In this document: positions 7,630 to 16,248 of the stretch, piece by piece
Layout: each line of letters starts with the position of its first letter
Numbering within the stretch: position 1 is the stretch's first letter
Assembly: GCA_937892835.1 (NCBI GenBank)
Contig: CALBHM010000307.1
Span: 1-39,393 of the forward strand
Source: an uncultured Ruminococcus sp.
GTDB taxonomy: Bacteria; Bacillota; Clostridia; Oscillospirales; Acutalibacteraceae
DNA length: 39,393 bases
Direction: 5' to 3'
Notes under the pieces: generated by a model
What the model was told of the DNA's origin: nothing
The model's database searches: none
What the model saw: only the letters and a program-made list of their open reading frames with translations
Program-made: the position numbers and the translations under genes

Positions 7630-8748
7630 TTACCACATGTTGTCCGAGTTCTCACAAAATGCAACCATGTCCTTGATTTCAAGAACCGTACCGTCATTGA
7701 GCGTGACTGTGCCGTTCCATTTTCCGAAAACCTGGTGGCAGATGTTGCCGATGAAGATAACTCTTGACTTTGTGTAGTTGTCGTAGAACGGAGTCATCGT
7801 CATTTCAAAACGACCGTCTGACGAGGTAAATTTCCACGGCTTCATCCAGTCGTTTTCGTCTTTTTCAAGATAGATTTCACCGATTTTGTGAGCCTTGCCG
7901 TTGAGGAAAAGCGTGTTTTCCGTAGCGGCGCTCATATCGCCGAAGCCCCAGCCGATTTCAAAACCGAAAATGTCGCCGTTTTCGAGCTTGGTGCTGCCGT
8001 TGCCCCAATACCAATTGGTGTGATACGGCCAAACTCCTCGACCCCAATCGAGAACGCAGAACGAATCCGACGGGTCAAAATCAACAGTCATATCGCCGAT
8101 TTTAACCGTCCCCGTTACGGGCATACAATTAATTTTTTGATTGTAATAGAACTTTTTGCTGTCTCTGTCGCCGAACGGAAGAGCCATTGCAAGGTACTCG
8201 TGGTTCGGGAACATATCCATCGAAATATCAACGGTGAAAGGTTTGCCGCCTGTGCGACCGTTGAACTTGATAGTGCGCTGAGTCTCGGTCACGTTCACGT
8301 CAAGATTAAAGCCGAGCTTGTGGCGTGAAAAGGTCTGCGGAGACATAGCCGTTTCGGAAAGGCCGAATCTGCCGAAGCTCAGAAGTCGAAGCGAGACTGC
8401 ACTGTAGCTTTTGCCTGTCTGCATGTCAAAGAGCGTAACGTTTGCTGCTCCGCCGAGCGAGATATCAGCCATTGTAACCTGCATAACATAGCGGCTGTTG
8501 GAAATCTGATAGAAGTCCCATTCCTTAATGCGGGTCTTGCTTGCTTTGATCGCACTGCGGTCGTATTGATAAAGCTCGGTGAAGCAATATCCCGGCTGAG
8601 TGAGACTGCCGTCCTCTTTGAGTAGAGGTGTCGGTTCGGTGATTTTTATCTGTCCTGTTTCATCGATTGCCGAGGTGTAGAAAATTGTACTCATTGCGAT
8701 AATTATCGTCAGAATAAATGAAGTTAATCTGATAACTTTATTTTTCAT
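7630..8748 (-). CDS. DUF2804-family protein with an N-terminal signal/anchor sequence
   Basis: LDWGRGVWPYHTNWYWGNGS and GFEIGWGFGD are characteristic of DUF2804. Start at ATG 8748 (MKNKVIRLTSFILTIIIAM...) with RBS GGAGGAAA and an ATGA overlap with the upstream stop codon. Confidence 0.8.
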   Translation of the reverse strand: MKNKVIRLTSFILTIIIAMSTIFYTSAIDETGQIKITEPTPLLKEDGSLTQPGYCFTELYQYDRSAIKASKTRIKEWDFYQISNSRYVMQVTMADISLGGAANVTLFDMQTGKSYSAVSLRLLSFGRFGLSETAMSPQTFSRHKLGFNLDVNVTETQRTIKFNGRTGGKPFTVDISMDMFPNHEYLAMALPFGDRDSKKFYYNQKINCMPVTGTVKIGDMTVDFDPSDSFCVLDWGRGVWPYHTNWYWGNGSTKLENGDIFGFEIGWGFGDMSAATENTLFLNGKAHKIGEIYLEKDENDWMKPWKFTSSDGRFEMTMTPFYDNYTKSRVIFIGNICHQVFGKWNGTVTLNDGTVLEIKDMVAFCENSDNMW

Positions 8749-9236
8749 CGGATTTCCTCCTTCAAAAGTTCTTTTCCTTGTTTCCCTGTCATGTGCTCGA
8801 TGTTTATTTTTATCATGCAAAGTATGCCGAATTCACGCTCGACCTCTGCCGGAATTCCCTCAAGGCAGTCCGGGCAGTATTTTTCCGCGAGTGCCGTTAC
8901 GGAAGCTCGCATTTCATTCTCGTCTGTGAGAATTTCCGCTCTGCCGAAAGCAACAACACTCTTGAAAAGTGTGGTGTATTTTTTCTGAAGAATGTCGTCA
9001 CGGTCGACGACGCAGAACGAAACCTTTGGCTCCTTTCTTATTGCGTCGAGCTTGTGTCCTGTTTTGGCGCAGTGAAGATAAATTTTACCGTCCGTATAGT
9101 AATAGTTTATCGGCACGGTATAGGGATAACCGTCATCGCCTAAAACGGCAAGAACTCCTGTTTTGCCTCGAACGAGAATTTCTTCACATTCTTCTTTGGT
9201 CAACTGTTGCTTAATTCTTCTCATTTCTCTGAACAA
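8745..9236 (-). CDS. Pyridoxamine 5'-phosphate oxidase-family (NimA-like flavin-binding) protein
   Basis: LTKEECEEILVRGKTGVLAVLGDDGYPYTVPINYYY..GKIYLHCAKTGHKLDAI is the typical Pyridox_ox_2 pattern. TTG start with GAGGGGG 7 nt upstream. Confidence 0.8.
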   Translation of the reverse strand: MFREMRRIKQQLTKEECEEILVRGKTGVLAVLGDDGYPYTVPINYYYTDGKIYLHCAKTGHKLDAIRKEPKVSFCVVDRDDILQKKYTTLFKSVVAFGRAEILTDENEMRASVTALAEKYCPDCLEGIPAEVEREFGILCMIKINIEHMTGKQGKELLKEEIR

Positions 9237-9248
9237 GAAATCGCCCCC

Positions 9249-9992
9249 TCATATTTTATCCTTAATGTTTCCGAAAACCTGACCGATATTGTCTCTGAAA
9301 ACGAGATCGGCACTCGAGTCAAGATCGGTTTTTCCCTTGTTGATAAGCACAATGTGCGAACCGCTGAAATAACGAATGTACATCGCCGCAGGGTAAACGG
9401 CGAGCGAGGTGCCGCCGATGATGAGCAGCTCTGCTGTTGAAATTTCACTGATTGCTTTTTCGACTACACTTTCGTTGAGCGGCTCTTCATAAAGCACTAC
9501 CTCGGGGCGAACAAGTCCGCCGCATTTTTCACAATGGGGAACCTTGCCCTTGAGCGCTTTCAGTTTCTCAAGCGGATAAGGCTTGCCGCACTCCATGCAA
9601 TAATGAACCGCCGTCGTTCCGTGCAATTCAAGCACATTTTTGCTGCCTGCCTTTTGGTGAAGCCCGTCAATGTTTTGCGTTATGACCGATGAGAGCTTGC
9701 CTTTTTTCTCCATTTCGGCAAGGACAATGTGCGCCGTGTTCGGCTCAACGTTTATTTCGAGAAAATATTTATAATAAAAATCATAAAACACATCGGGCTT
9801 TGAAACAAAGAAGCTGTGGCTTAAAATTGTTTCGGGCGAAACGCCGTATTCACGAACGGTATTATAAAGTCCGTCCTCGCTTCGATAATCCTTAACTCCG
9901 CTTTCGGTCGAAACTCCCGCTCCGCCGAAGAAAACTGTTTTGGAAGAATTGTTTATTAGTTTGGCAAATTTCTCAAGCTTTTCATTATTCAT
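9249..9992 (-). CDS. cobB: NAD-dependent protein deacylase (Sir2 family)
   Basis: GAGVSTESGVKDYRS, QNIDGLH, HG, and zinc cysteines CMECG...CEKCGG. Confidence 0.9.
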   Translation of the reverse strand: MNNEKLEKFAKLINNSSKTVFFGGAGVSTESGVKDYRSEDGLYNTVREYGVSPETILSHSFFVSKPDVFYDFYYKYFLEINVEPNTAHIVLAEMEKKGKLSSVITQNIDGLHQKAGSKNVLELHGTTAVHYCMECGKPYPLEKLKALKGKVPHCEKCGGLVRPEVVLYEEPLNESVVEKAISEISTAELLIIGGTSLAVYPAAMYIRYFSGSHIVLINKGKTDLDSSADLVFRDNIGQVFGNIKDKI

Positions 9993-10033
9993 TTAAATCA
10001 CCCTTTGGTATTTTGGCAGTTATATATATTAAA

Positions 10034-10062
10034 ATTATAGCATAATTGTAAAAAAATATCAA
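10034..10062 (-). promoter_or_regulatory. Sigma-A promoter (extended -10) for the cobB operon
   Basis: The minus strand reads TTGATA, 17 nt, TATAAT, with TGc immediately upstream of the -10. Confidence 0.6.
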
Positions 10063-10067
10063 ATGTA

Positions 10068-10096
10068 TTGAGATTTTTCACCGAATGCGTTATAAT
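10068..10096 (+). promoter_or_regulatory. Sigma-A promoter for the SEDS/PBP operon
   Basis: TTGAGA (10068-10073), 17 nt, TATAAT (10091-10096). Confidence 0.5.
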
Positions 10097-10131
10097 AAAT
10101 TGATTTATTGTACTCACAAAGGGGGAATTAT

Positions 10132-11616
10132 GTGAGCGGAGAAAAAATGAACAATAAATTTCACTGGGGATTTGCACTTATCCTCGTTACAATATTTCAG
10201 GTTTTAACAGGCACCGTTGCCGTTACGGTCAACGGCTTTAACAGCACGCTTTTTGCTGTATATGCAGGCTATTTGGTGCTTGAATGGGCGTATTTTGTTG
10301 TTGCTTCGATTTTCTGCGGACAAAATAATTTTGAGCTTGAAATAATCGGATTCCTTTTTTCGGGAATCGGATTGACGAATGTCGCCACGGTCGACAACGA
10401 TTATGCAATCAAGCAGGTTGTTGCTATTGCACTCGGATTGTTCCTGTTTATCTTCATGCTTGTTGTCATGAGACGAACGGATGTTGTTATGAAGCTGCGA
10501 ATGCCTGTCGCTTTTGCTGCGGTTGGCTTACTCGTTGCCAACCTTGCGCTTGCAAAATATACGAACGGTGCGCTGAACTGGATTACAATCGGCGGAATGT
10601 CGATTCAGCCGTCGGAGTTCGTCAAGCTTGCATTTATATTTGTCGGTGCGGCGTCTTTGGACAAGCTTCAAAGCGCACGAAGCCTTACCAAATATCTTAT
10701 TTTTTCGTTCGGCTGCGTCGGTGCGCTTTTCCTCATGAAGGATTTCGGTACGGCATTGATATTCTTCTTTACGTTTATAATTATTGCATTTATGCGCTCG
10801 GGCGACGTGAGAACCATAGCCCTTGTTTGTGTTGCGGCATTGCTCGGTGCAATAATGATTATCTATTTCAAACCTCATGTTGCCGCAAGATTTAAAGCGT
10901 ACAGACATATTTGGGAGCTTATCAACGATGAGGGTATGCAGCAGACAAGAACACTTATCTACTCGGCGAGCGGCGGCCTTTTCGGACTCGGAATAGGCAA
11001 GGGAGAGCTGAGAAATGTTGTTTTCGCTTCGACCGACCTTGCCTTCGGAATGATATGCGAGGAGTGGGGCATGATCGTCGGCTTGACGATAGTCATTACA
11101 TATGCTTTCATTCTTCTCTATGCAATCAAGGTCGCGAGAAATACCCGTTCGGCGTTCTATGCGATAACGGCATGTGCGGCGGCAGGACTTTTACTGTTCC
11201 AGACGAGCCTGAACATTTTCGGCGTAACGGATATTCTTCCGTTTACGGGAGTTACGCTTCCTTTTATCAGCCGAGGCGGTTCGAGCGTTATTTCCTCATG
11301 GGGCATGCTTGCACTGATTAAATCGGCGGATATAAGAACTTATCCTAAGCTTTCGCAGACTATTCTGCCTGATCATCCGCTTTATCCGCCCAATATAATG
11401 ATAGGCAAGAGGGCCAAACGTAAGGTTTATGTCCCGCCTGTTGTTGAGCAGCCGGTCAGAGTGAGAGGCTCGGCGGCCGATGTTCCGGTCAGCAGAAAGA
11501 GAACAACAACGAGCAGAGGCGATGTTCCGATAAGTAAAAAGAGAACCGCTTCAGCTCAAAATTCAAAGGACATTCCGATATCACGGAAGAAATCCGGGAA
11601 CGGGAGGGCTAAATAA
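10132..11616 (+). CDS. SEDS-family peptidoglycan glycosyltransferase (FtsW/RodA/SpoVE) with a basic repeat tail
   Basis: Polytopic membrane protein with QPSEFVKLAFI and LPFISRGGSS motifs. Start is ambiguous: GVG 10132 lies 6 nt after AGGGGG, ATG 10147 is an alternative, and the ORF track starts at 10108. Confidence 0.85.
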   Translation: MSGEKMNNKFHWGFALILVTIFQVLTGTVAVTVNGFNSTLFAVYAGYLVLEWAYFVVASIFCGQNNFELEIIGFLFSGIGLTNVATVDNDYAIKQVVAIALGLFLFIFMLVVMRRTDVVMKLRMPVAFAAVGLLVANLALAKYTNGALNWITIGGMSIQPSEFVKLAFIFVGAASLDKLQSARSLTKYLIFSFGCVGALFLMKDFGTALIFFFTFIIIAFMRSGDVRTIALVCVAALLGAIMIIYFKPHVAARFKAYRHIWELINDEGMQQTRTLIYSASGGLFGLGIGKGELRNVVFASTDLAFGMICEEWGMIVGLTIVITYAFILLYAIKVARNTRSAFYAITACAAAGLLLFQTSLNIFGVTDILPFTGVTLPFISRGGSSVISSWGMLALIKSADIRTYPKLSQTILPDHPLYPPNIMIGKRAKRKVYVPPVVEQPVRVRGSAADVPVSRKRTTTSRGDVPISKKRTASAQNSKDIPISRKKSGNGRAK

Positions 11617-12987
11617 ATGAGAAATACCACAAGAAGAGCCTTTGTTCTTTATTTTGTTATAGTTGCGTTTTTCTGCGGTCTTGGATTTATGATGTATAAT
11701 TTCTTCGTTCACGGCTCGGAATGGACGTCGAATCTTGTAAATCAGCATATTTATAAAAACGGTGAAATTTCCAGCGCAGGCACGATTTTTGATCGCAACG
11801 GAACAAAGCTTGTTTATTCCGAGGACGGTGTGAGAATTTACAATGACGATAGGACGATTCGCAAGGCAATGCTCCATGCAGTCGGCGACAATTCATCGTT
11901 TATCGCAACCGGTGTTCAGTATGTTTACAGCTCAAAGCTTTCCGGCTATGATTTTGTGAACGGAGTTTATAATCTAAAAAAATATAACAGAGGCAACGAT
12001 ATCAATCTTACTCTTGATGCCGATATATGCAAGACGGCTTATGAAGCAATGGACGGCAGAAAGGGTACTATTGCGGTTTATAATTACAAAACCGGAGCAA
12101 TGGTTTGCATGGTTTCAACCCCGGCATACGATCCGGAGAATAAGCCCGATGACATTGACGATAATCCCGATGAATACGAGGGTGTTTATCTTAACCGATT
12201 TGTTTCGGGTATGTATACACCGGGTTCAATATTCAAGGTTGTAACGGCTATCAGCGCGATTGAGAATATCCCGGATATCTATTCACAGACCTTTGAATGT
12301 ACGGGCGAATATGCAACCGGCGACGGCAAAATCATATGTAGCGGCGTTCACGGTACGGTTGACTTTGAAGAGGCTCTGAATCATTCATGCAATGTAGCTT
12401 TTGCGCAGATTGCAATTCAACTCGGTCAGTCAAAGCTCATGCAGACTGCGGGCGAGCTTGGTTTCAATACAAAAGAGGATATGGATCAGATAACAGTTTC
12501 GGCAAGTAAGTTTGATGTCAGCAAAACGACAAAAACCGATCTCGGCTGGGCAGGTATCGGCCAGTATACAACAATGGTAAATCCTTACCATATGCTTACA
12601 ATTATGGGTGCGATTGCCAACAACGGAGTGGCGACAAAACCTTATTTCGTTCAAAACATGGTATCGCCCGACGGCAAGGTTGACGTTATCGGAAAAACCG
12701 CTGTAAATAAGACCGTAAATGTAACGCCTGAGATTGCGGCGCAGATGAAAAAGCTTTTGCGTTCAAACGTTGTGAATTATTACTCCGATTCAACTTTCCC
12801 CGGACTTCAGATGTGCGGAAAAACGGGAACGGCGGAGGTAGAGGGCGGTTCACATGCTTGGTTCGTCGGTTTCTCTCAGCGAGAGGATACACCGTATGCC
12901 GTTGTTTGCGTCGTTGAAAAATCCGGTTCGGGACTCTCTGTTGCCGGCGAAGTGGTTAATGAAGTTATGCAAGAGGTTTGCAACTGA
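11617..12987 (+). CDS. Class B penicillin-binding protein (transpeptidase, PBP2/PbpA-like)
   Basis: N-terminal TM helix, then SIFK (SxxK), SCN (SxN) and KTGTA (KTG). The ATG directly abuts the SEDS stop codon. Confidence 0.9.
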   Translation: MRNTTRRAFVLYFVIVAFFCGLGFMMYNFFVHGSEWTSNLVNQHIYKNGEISSAGTIFDRNGTKLVYSEDGVRIYNDDRTIRKAMLHAVGDNSSFIATGVQYVYSSKLSGYDFVNGVYNLKKYNRGNDINLTLDADICKTAYEAMDGRKGTIAVYNYKTGAMVCMVSTPAYDPENKPDDIDDNPDEYEGVYLNRFVSGMYTPGSIFKVVTAISAIENIPDIYSQTFECTGEYATGDGKIICSGVHGTVDFEEALNHSCNVAFAQIAIQLGQSKLMQTAGELGFNTKEDMDQITVSASKFDVSKTTKTDLGWAGIGQYTTMVNPYHMLTIMGAIANNGVATKPYFVQNMVSPDGKVDVIGKTAVNKTVNVTPEIAAQMKKLLRSNVVNYYSDSTFPGLQMCGKTGTAEVEGGSHAWFVGFSQREDTPYAVVCVVEKSGSGLSVAGEVVNEVMQEVCN

Positions 12988-13184
12988 CACAATATGTTGT
13001 GAGCAAAAAAACAAAGTATACTAAAACAAAAAAATAATCAAAAAATTTTTATGAAAAAGTAAACATATTTCCGAAAAGGAACTATAAAAATCTTTTTCGT
13101 GCTATTATAATAAAAAAGCGGAGCGTTCACTTCGCAAAATAAAAAAGCATGAAAATGCAAAAAACAAAAAGGAGAGATTTTTTC

Positions 13185-14006
13185 ATGAAAAAATTCTTAG
13201 CAATTCTTCTCTCGGTTATCATGCTCTTCACGCTTGGCGTTGTAGCATTTGCCGAAGGTGAAGAAGTAACAGAGGGTATGCCCGGTGATACTCCCAAGCA
13301 GGCCGGCAAGGTTGTTTTTTCAATCCAGAATACATACATTGAGCCCTCAAAAGAGTATTCAATCCCAATCATTATGAAGTCCGATTATCTTGAGAAGGTT
13401 CCCGAAGATGCAGAGACATTCTATTTCGGATTTTCAGGCATCAACTTCTCAACAAGCGACAAAGACATCGTTGAAGTTAAGAACATCAGATTTTCAGATG
13501 AGATAGTTGCTGATGATCGTCTTGCACTTAACCAGGTAGATGCTGAGAACGCAATGGACGGCTCAATGGCTTTCAAGATTAAGAAGGCTGATTTCAGCAA
13601 GTTCTTCTCAACATCTGACGAAGGTATCGTTATCGGTTATATTGATATCGCAACAACCGAGGATGTTCCTGAGGAGTACAACAAGGACTTCGGCACAATC
13701 GTATTCTTCCCGTATTTTGATCTCTATTCAGAGGACGAGGAAGGAAATCCGAACGGCTGCGTTGCTGATCCGAATGCATCAGGCTACTCTGTAGGCTATA
13801 CAGATGCAGAAGGAAACTTCACAGGTATTTTCCTTGAGGGATATGATACTGATGAAATCGTTCTTGATACAGCTTGCTTCTACCATGCACCTTATGTTCC
13901 GACATGGAAGGAAAGACTTGTAACTTGGGCTAAGGGTCAGGGCGTTATCATCTGTGGTTTCTTCATCACAGTATTCAGCTTCCTTGAAGAGCTTCTCAAG
14001 AAATAA
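13185..14006 (+). CDS. Secreted acidic hypothetical protein with a C-terminal TM anchor
   Basis: Start at MKKFLAILLSVIMLFTLGVVAFAEG (signal peptide) with AAGGAGAG upstream. C-terminal hydrophobic segment GVIICGFFITVFSFL. No recognisable family. Confidence 0.7.
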   Translation: MKKFLAILLSVIMLFTLGVVAFAEGEEVTEGMPGDTPKQAGKVVFSIQNTYIEPSKEYSIPIIMKSDYLEKVPEDAETFYFGFSGINFSTSDKDIVEVKNIRFSDEIVADDRLALNQVDAENAMDGSMAFKIKKADFSKFFSTSDEGIVIGYIDIATTEDVPEEYNKDFGTIVFFPYFDLYSEDEEGNPNGCVADPNASGYSVGYTDAEGNFTGIFLEGYDTDEIVLDTACFYHAPYVPTWKERLVTWAKGQGVIICGFFITVFSFLEELLKK

Positions 14007-14023
14007 TTTTAATTGAATTATTT

Positions 14024-14054
14024 GAAGGACGGTTTTTGGCCGTCCTTCTTTTTT
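14024..14054 (+). terminator. Rho-independent terminator
   Basis: GAAGGACGG-tttttgg-CCGTCCTTC followed by TTTTTT. Confidence 0.75.
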
Positions 14055-14161
14055 GCTTTCTTTTGAAAATTCACAAAAAATTTGCTTTATTTTGTCGACG
14101 CAATAGAGTATAATAAGTATATTGTTTTGAGAAATTCTTATGTTGGCAAGGAGACAGACCG

Positions 14162-16237
14162 ATGGTTGACCTTATAAAAAGAAATACACCGAGAATAGCA
14201 GATCAATTTGTGCTGAAAACGATTGACTCCGATAACGGATATGATTGTTATGAAATCTATTCCGAGGATAAAAAGGTTGTGCTTGCCGGCAATTCGCCGC
14301 TGAGTCAGGCCATGGCTTATTATGACTACCTCGGAAGATATCACGGCGTTGTTATAACAAGCGGAGACTATGATATTTCAACAATCTCATCCGCGCCGCT
14401 GCCCGAGGAAAAAATCAGCCGAACGATAAAGAGAAAAATCAGGGCAATGACAAGCTATGAAGCCTTTTCACTCAGCGGAAACTTCCGTGGCTTTGACCGA
14501 TGGGAAAAAGAGATTGACTTTATGGCAATGCACGGATTCAATCGTGCTCTTCAGCCGGTCGGTTTTGACGGTGTGCTTTTCAGAACACTTACGGATATCG
14601 GTATGCCCGAAAATTTTTGCCTCGAATTTTCATCGGGACCGGCATTCTTGATGAATCAGCTCACGGGTAATATTGCCGGAACGAATTCAATTAACAGCAA
14701 GGAGTACCTTGAAAGAAAAATTACCGTCGGCAAGCTTATAAGCGACCGCGAGAGAAGCCTTGGAATTGAACCGATTTTTCCTGCGGCAATTCCGAGTGTA
14801 CCGTTCAGCCTGAGAAAAAAATATATTAAGATGGATATTTTTAAAGCTCCGATGTGGTACAATTTTCCGCCGATATTTTTTATCAGACCAAAGAACGCTT
14901 TCTTTTCTGTGTTCAACAAAAAATTTCTGACAATTCAGCGTGAAGCTCTCGGCGAAACGCACAGCTATATTTTTGAGGGCGTATACGAATCAGACAAAAA
15001 GGGTTACAATTCTCATTTGGCCGACCTTGGCAAGGCACTTGAAGAAATGCTCAATGAGTTTGATGAAGACGCAGTTTGTTATCTTCACACAAGCTCAATA
15101 AATGCGGACTTTTTTAAGAGCTGTTCGGGTGATAAATATATTTTCCTTGATGATTGCGAGATGAGTAAAAATTCCGATATTCTCAGCGGCAAAAAATATA
15201 TTCCCGAAGTCAGCGGTAATCGCTATGGCAGGACAGGCATTTACGGAAACGTGCAAAAACTTTGCAACAATCCGTTTGCAACTTCTGAGCTTGGCGGAGC
15301 ACTTTCATTTGATACGTTTGATATAAATCCGGTTTATTGTGCTGCGGCGTTAAAGGCAATCACCGCCGACGGCAGTTTTGAGCGGGACGATTTTATCAGA
15401 GAATTCTGCGTTAAGAGATATAAGACAGATTCTTTTTCGGATGATATTATTTCGCTTGTCAATCTTTGCTCGAGTGATGAATGTACAGGCTCGATTATCT
15501 GTGCCCGTCCGTGCACCAACGTTAAGCACACTGCACCATATGATACTATGAAGCGAAGCTATGATTTTCACGAGCTTTATCCGATCGCACAGAGAATTAT
15601 TAACTCCGGGGATAAAAAAATTGACACAATGCGTGCCGATATTCAATCGATAGTTCGTCAATTCCTTTCGGATCTTGCGTATCCCGTTTACATCAAAGCA
15701 ACGGAATTTTTCCGAGAAAAAAATGTCAGAAATTTTGAGCAGGCAAGCAACCTTTTTCTCGAAATATGCGAGGATATCGACCGACTTTTAAGAACAAGAG
15801 AAGAAACAAATTTCTGCACAAAATATGTTGAGGCCCAGGAGCTTGGCAGCAGTCAGGAAGAAAAAGAATCCTTGCAGATTAATTTCCTTCTGCTCCACAC
15901 AATTTGGGGACCGTTTGACCATTCGATTCTTTACGATACGGTTTGGAACGAGTGGGGCGGCCTGGTAAAGGATTATTACGAAGCAAGATGGCATATGTAC
16001 TACCGCTCGCTTGCGGCATACTTTGACAATCCGAAAAAGCTAAAGGATAATTCGAAAAAACAGCCGCTTGACCGCAACGAATACAACGGTTCATACCAGG
16101 CAAAGCGTCTCGCACTTTTTGAAAACAATTTCCTCGAGAATTATATCCCGCGCAAAAACGGAATCGGCGAAGAGGACACTGTAGAAGTAGCAAAGGAATT
16201 GCTCGAAAAATATTCAGAGGTTTATACACAGTTTTAA
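14162..16237 (+). CDS. Divergent alpha-N-acetylglucosaminidase (NAGLU/GH89)-like protein, cytoplasmic
   Basis: The segment FDRWEKEIDFMAMHGFNRAL..GPAFLMNQ..SLGIEPIFPAAIPSVP parallels the NAGLU pattern W.RWE.EIDWMAL.GIN...GPAFLAW...GM.PVLPAF.G.VP. No signal peptide. Confidence 0.65.
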   Translation: MVDLIKRNTPRIADQFVLKTIDSDNGYDCYEIYSEDKKVVLAGNSPLSQAMAYYDYLGRYHGVVITSGDYDISTISSAPLPEEKISRTIKRKIRAMTSYEAFSLSGNFRGFDRWEKEIDFMAMHGFNRALQPVGFDGVLFRTLTDIGMPENFCLEFSSGPAFLMNQLTGNIAGTNSINSKEYLERKITVGKLISDRERSLGIEPIFPAAIPSVPFSLRKKYIKMDIFKAPMWYNFPPIFFIRPKNAFFSVFNKKFLTIQREALGETHSYIFEGVYESDKKGYNSHLADLGKALEEMLNEFDEDAVCYLHTSSINADFFKSCSGDKYIFLDDCEMSKNSDILSGKKYIPEVSGNRYGRTGIYGNVQKLCNNPFATSELGGALSFDTFDINPVYCAAALKAITADGSFERDDFIREFCVKRYKTDSFSDDIISLVNLCSSDECTGSIICARPCTNVKHTAPYDTMKRSYDFHELYPIAQRIINSGDKKIDTMRADIQSIVRQFLSDLAYPVYIKATEFFREKNVRNFEQASNLFLEICEDIDRLLRTREETNFCTKYVEAQELGSSQEEKESLQINFLLLHTIWGPFDHSILYDTVWNEWGGLVKDYYEARWHMYYRSLAAYFDNPKKLKDNSKKQPLDRNEYNGSYQAKRLALFENNFLENYIPRKNGIGEEDTVEVAKELLEKYSEVYTQF

Positions 16238-16248
16238 GGAGATCGACC

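Noticed and set aside
13118-13135. Hairpin GCGGAG-cgttca-CTTCGC that would look like a minus-strand terminator (followed by TTTTTT on the minus strand)
   Set aside because: No credible minus-strand gene lies upstream of it. It more likely forms part of the 5' leader of the 13185 gene.
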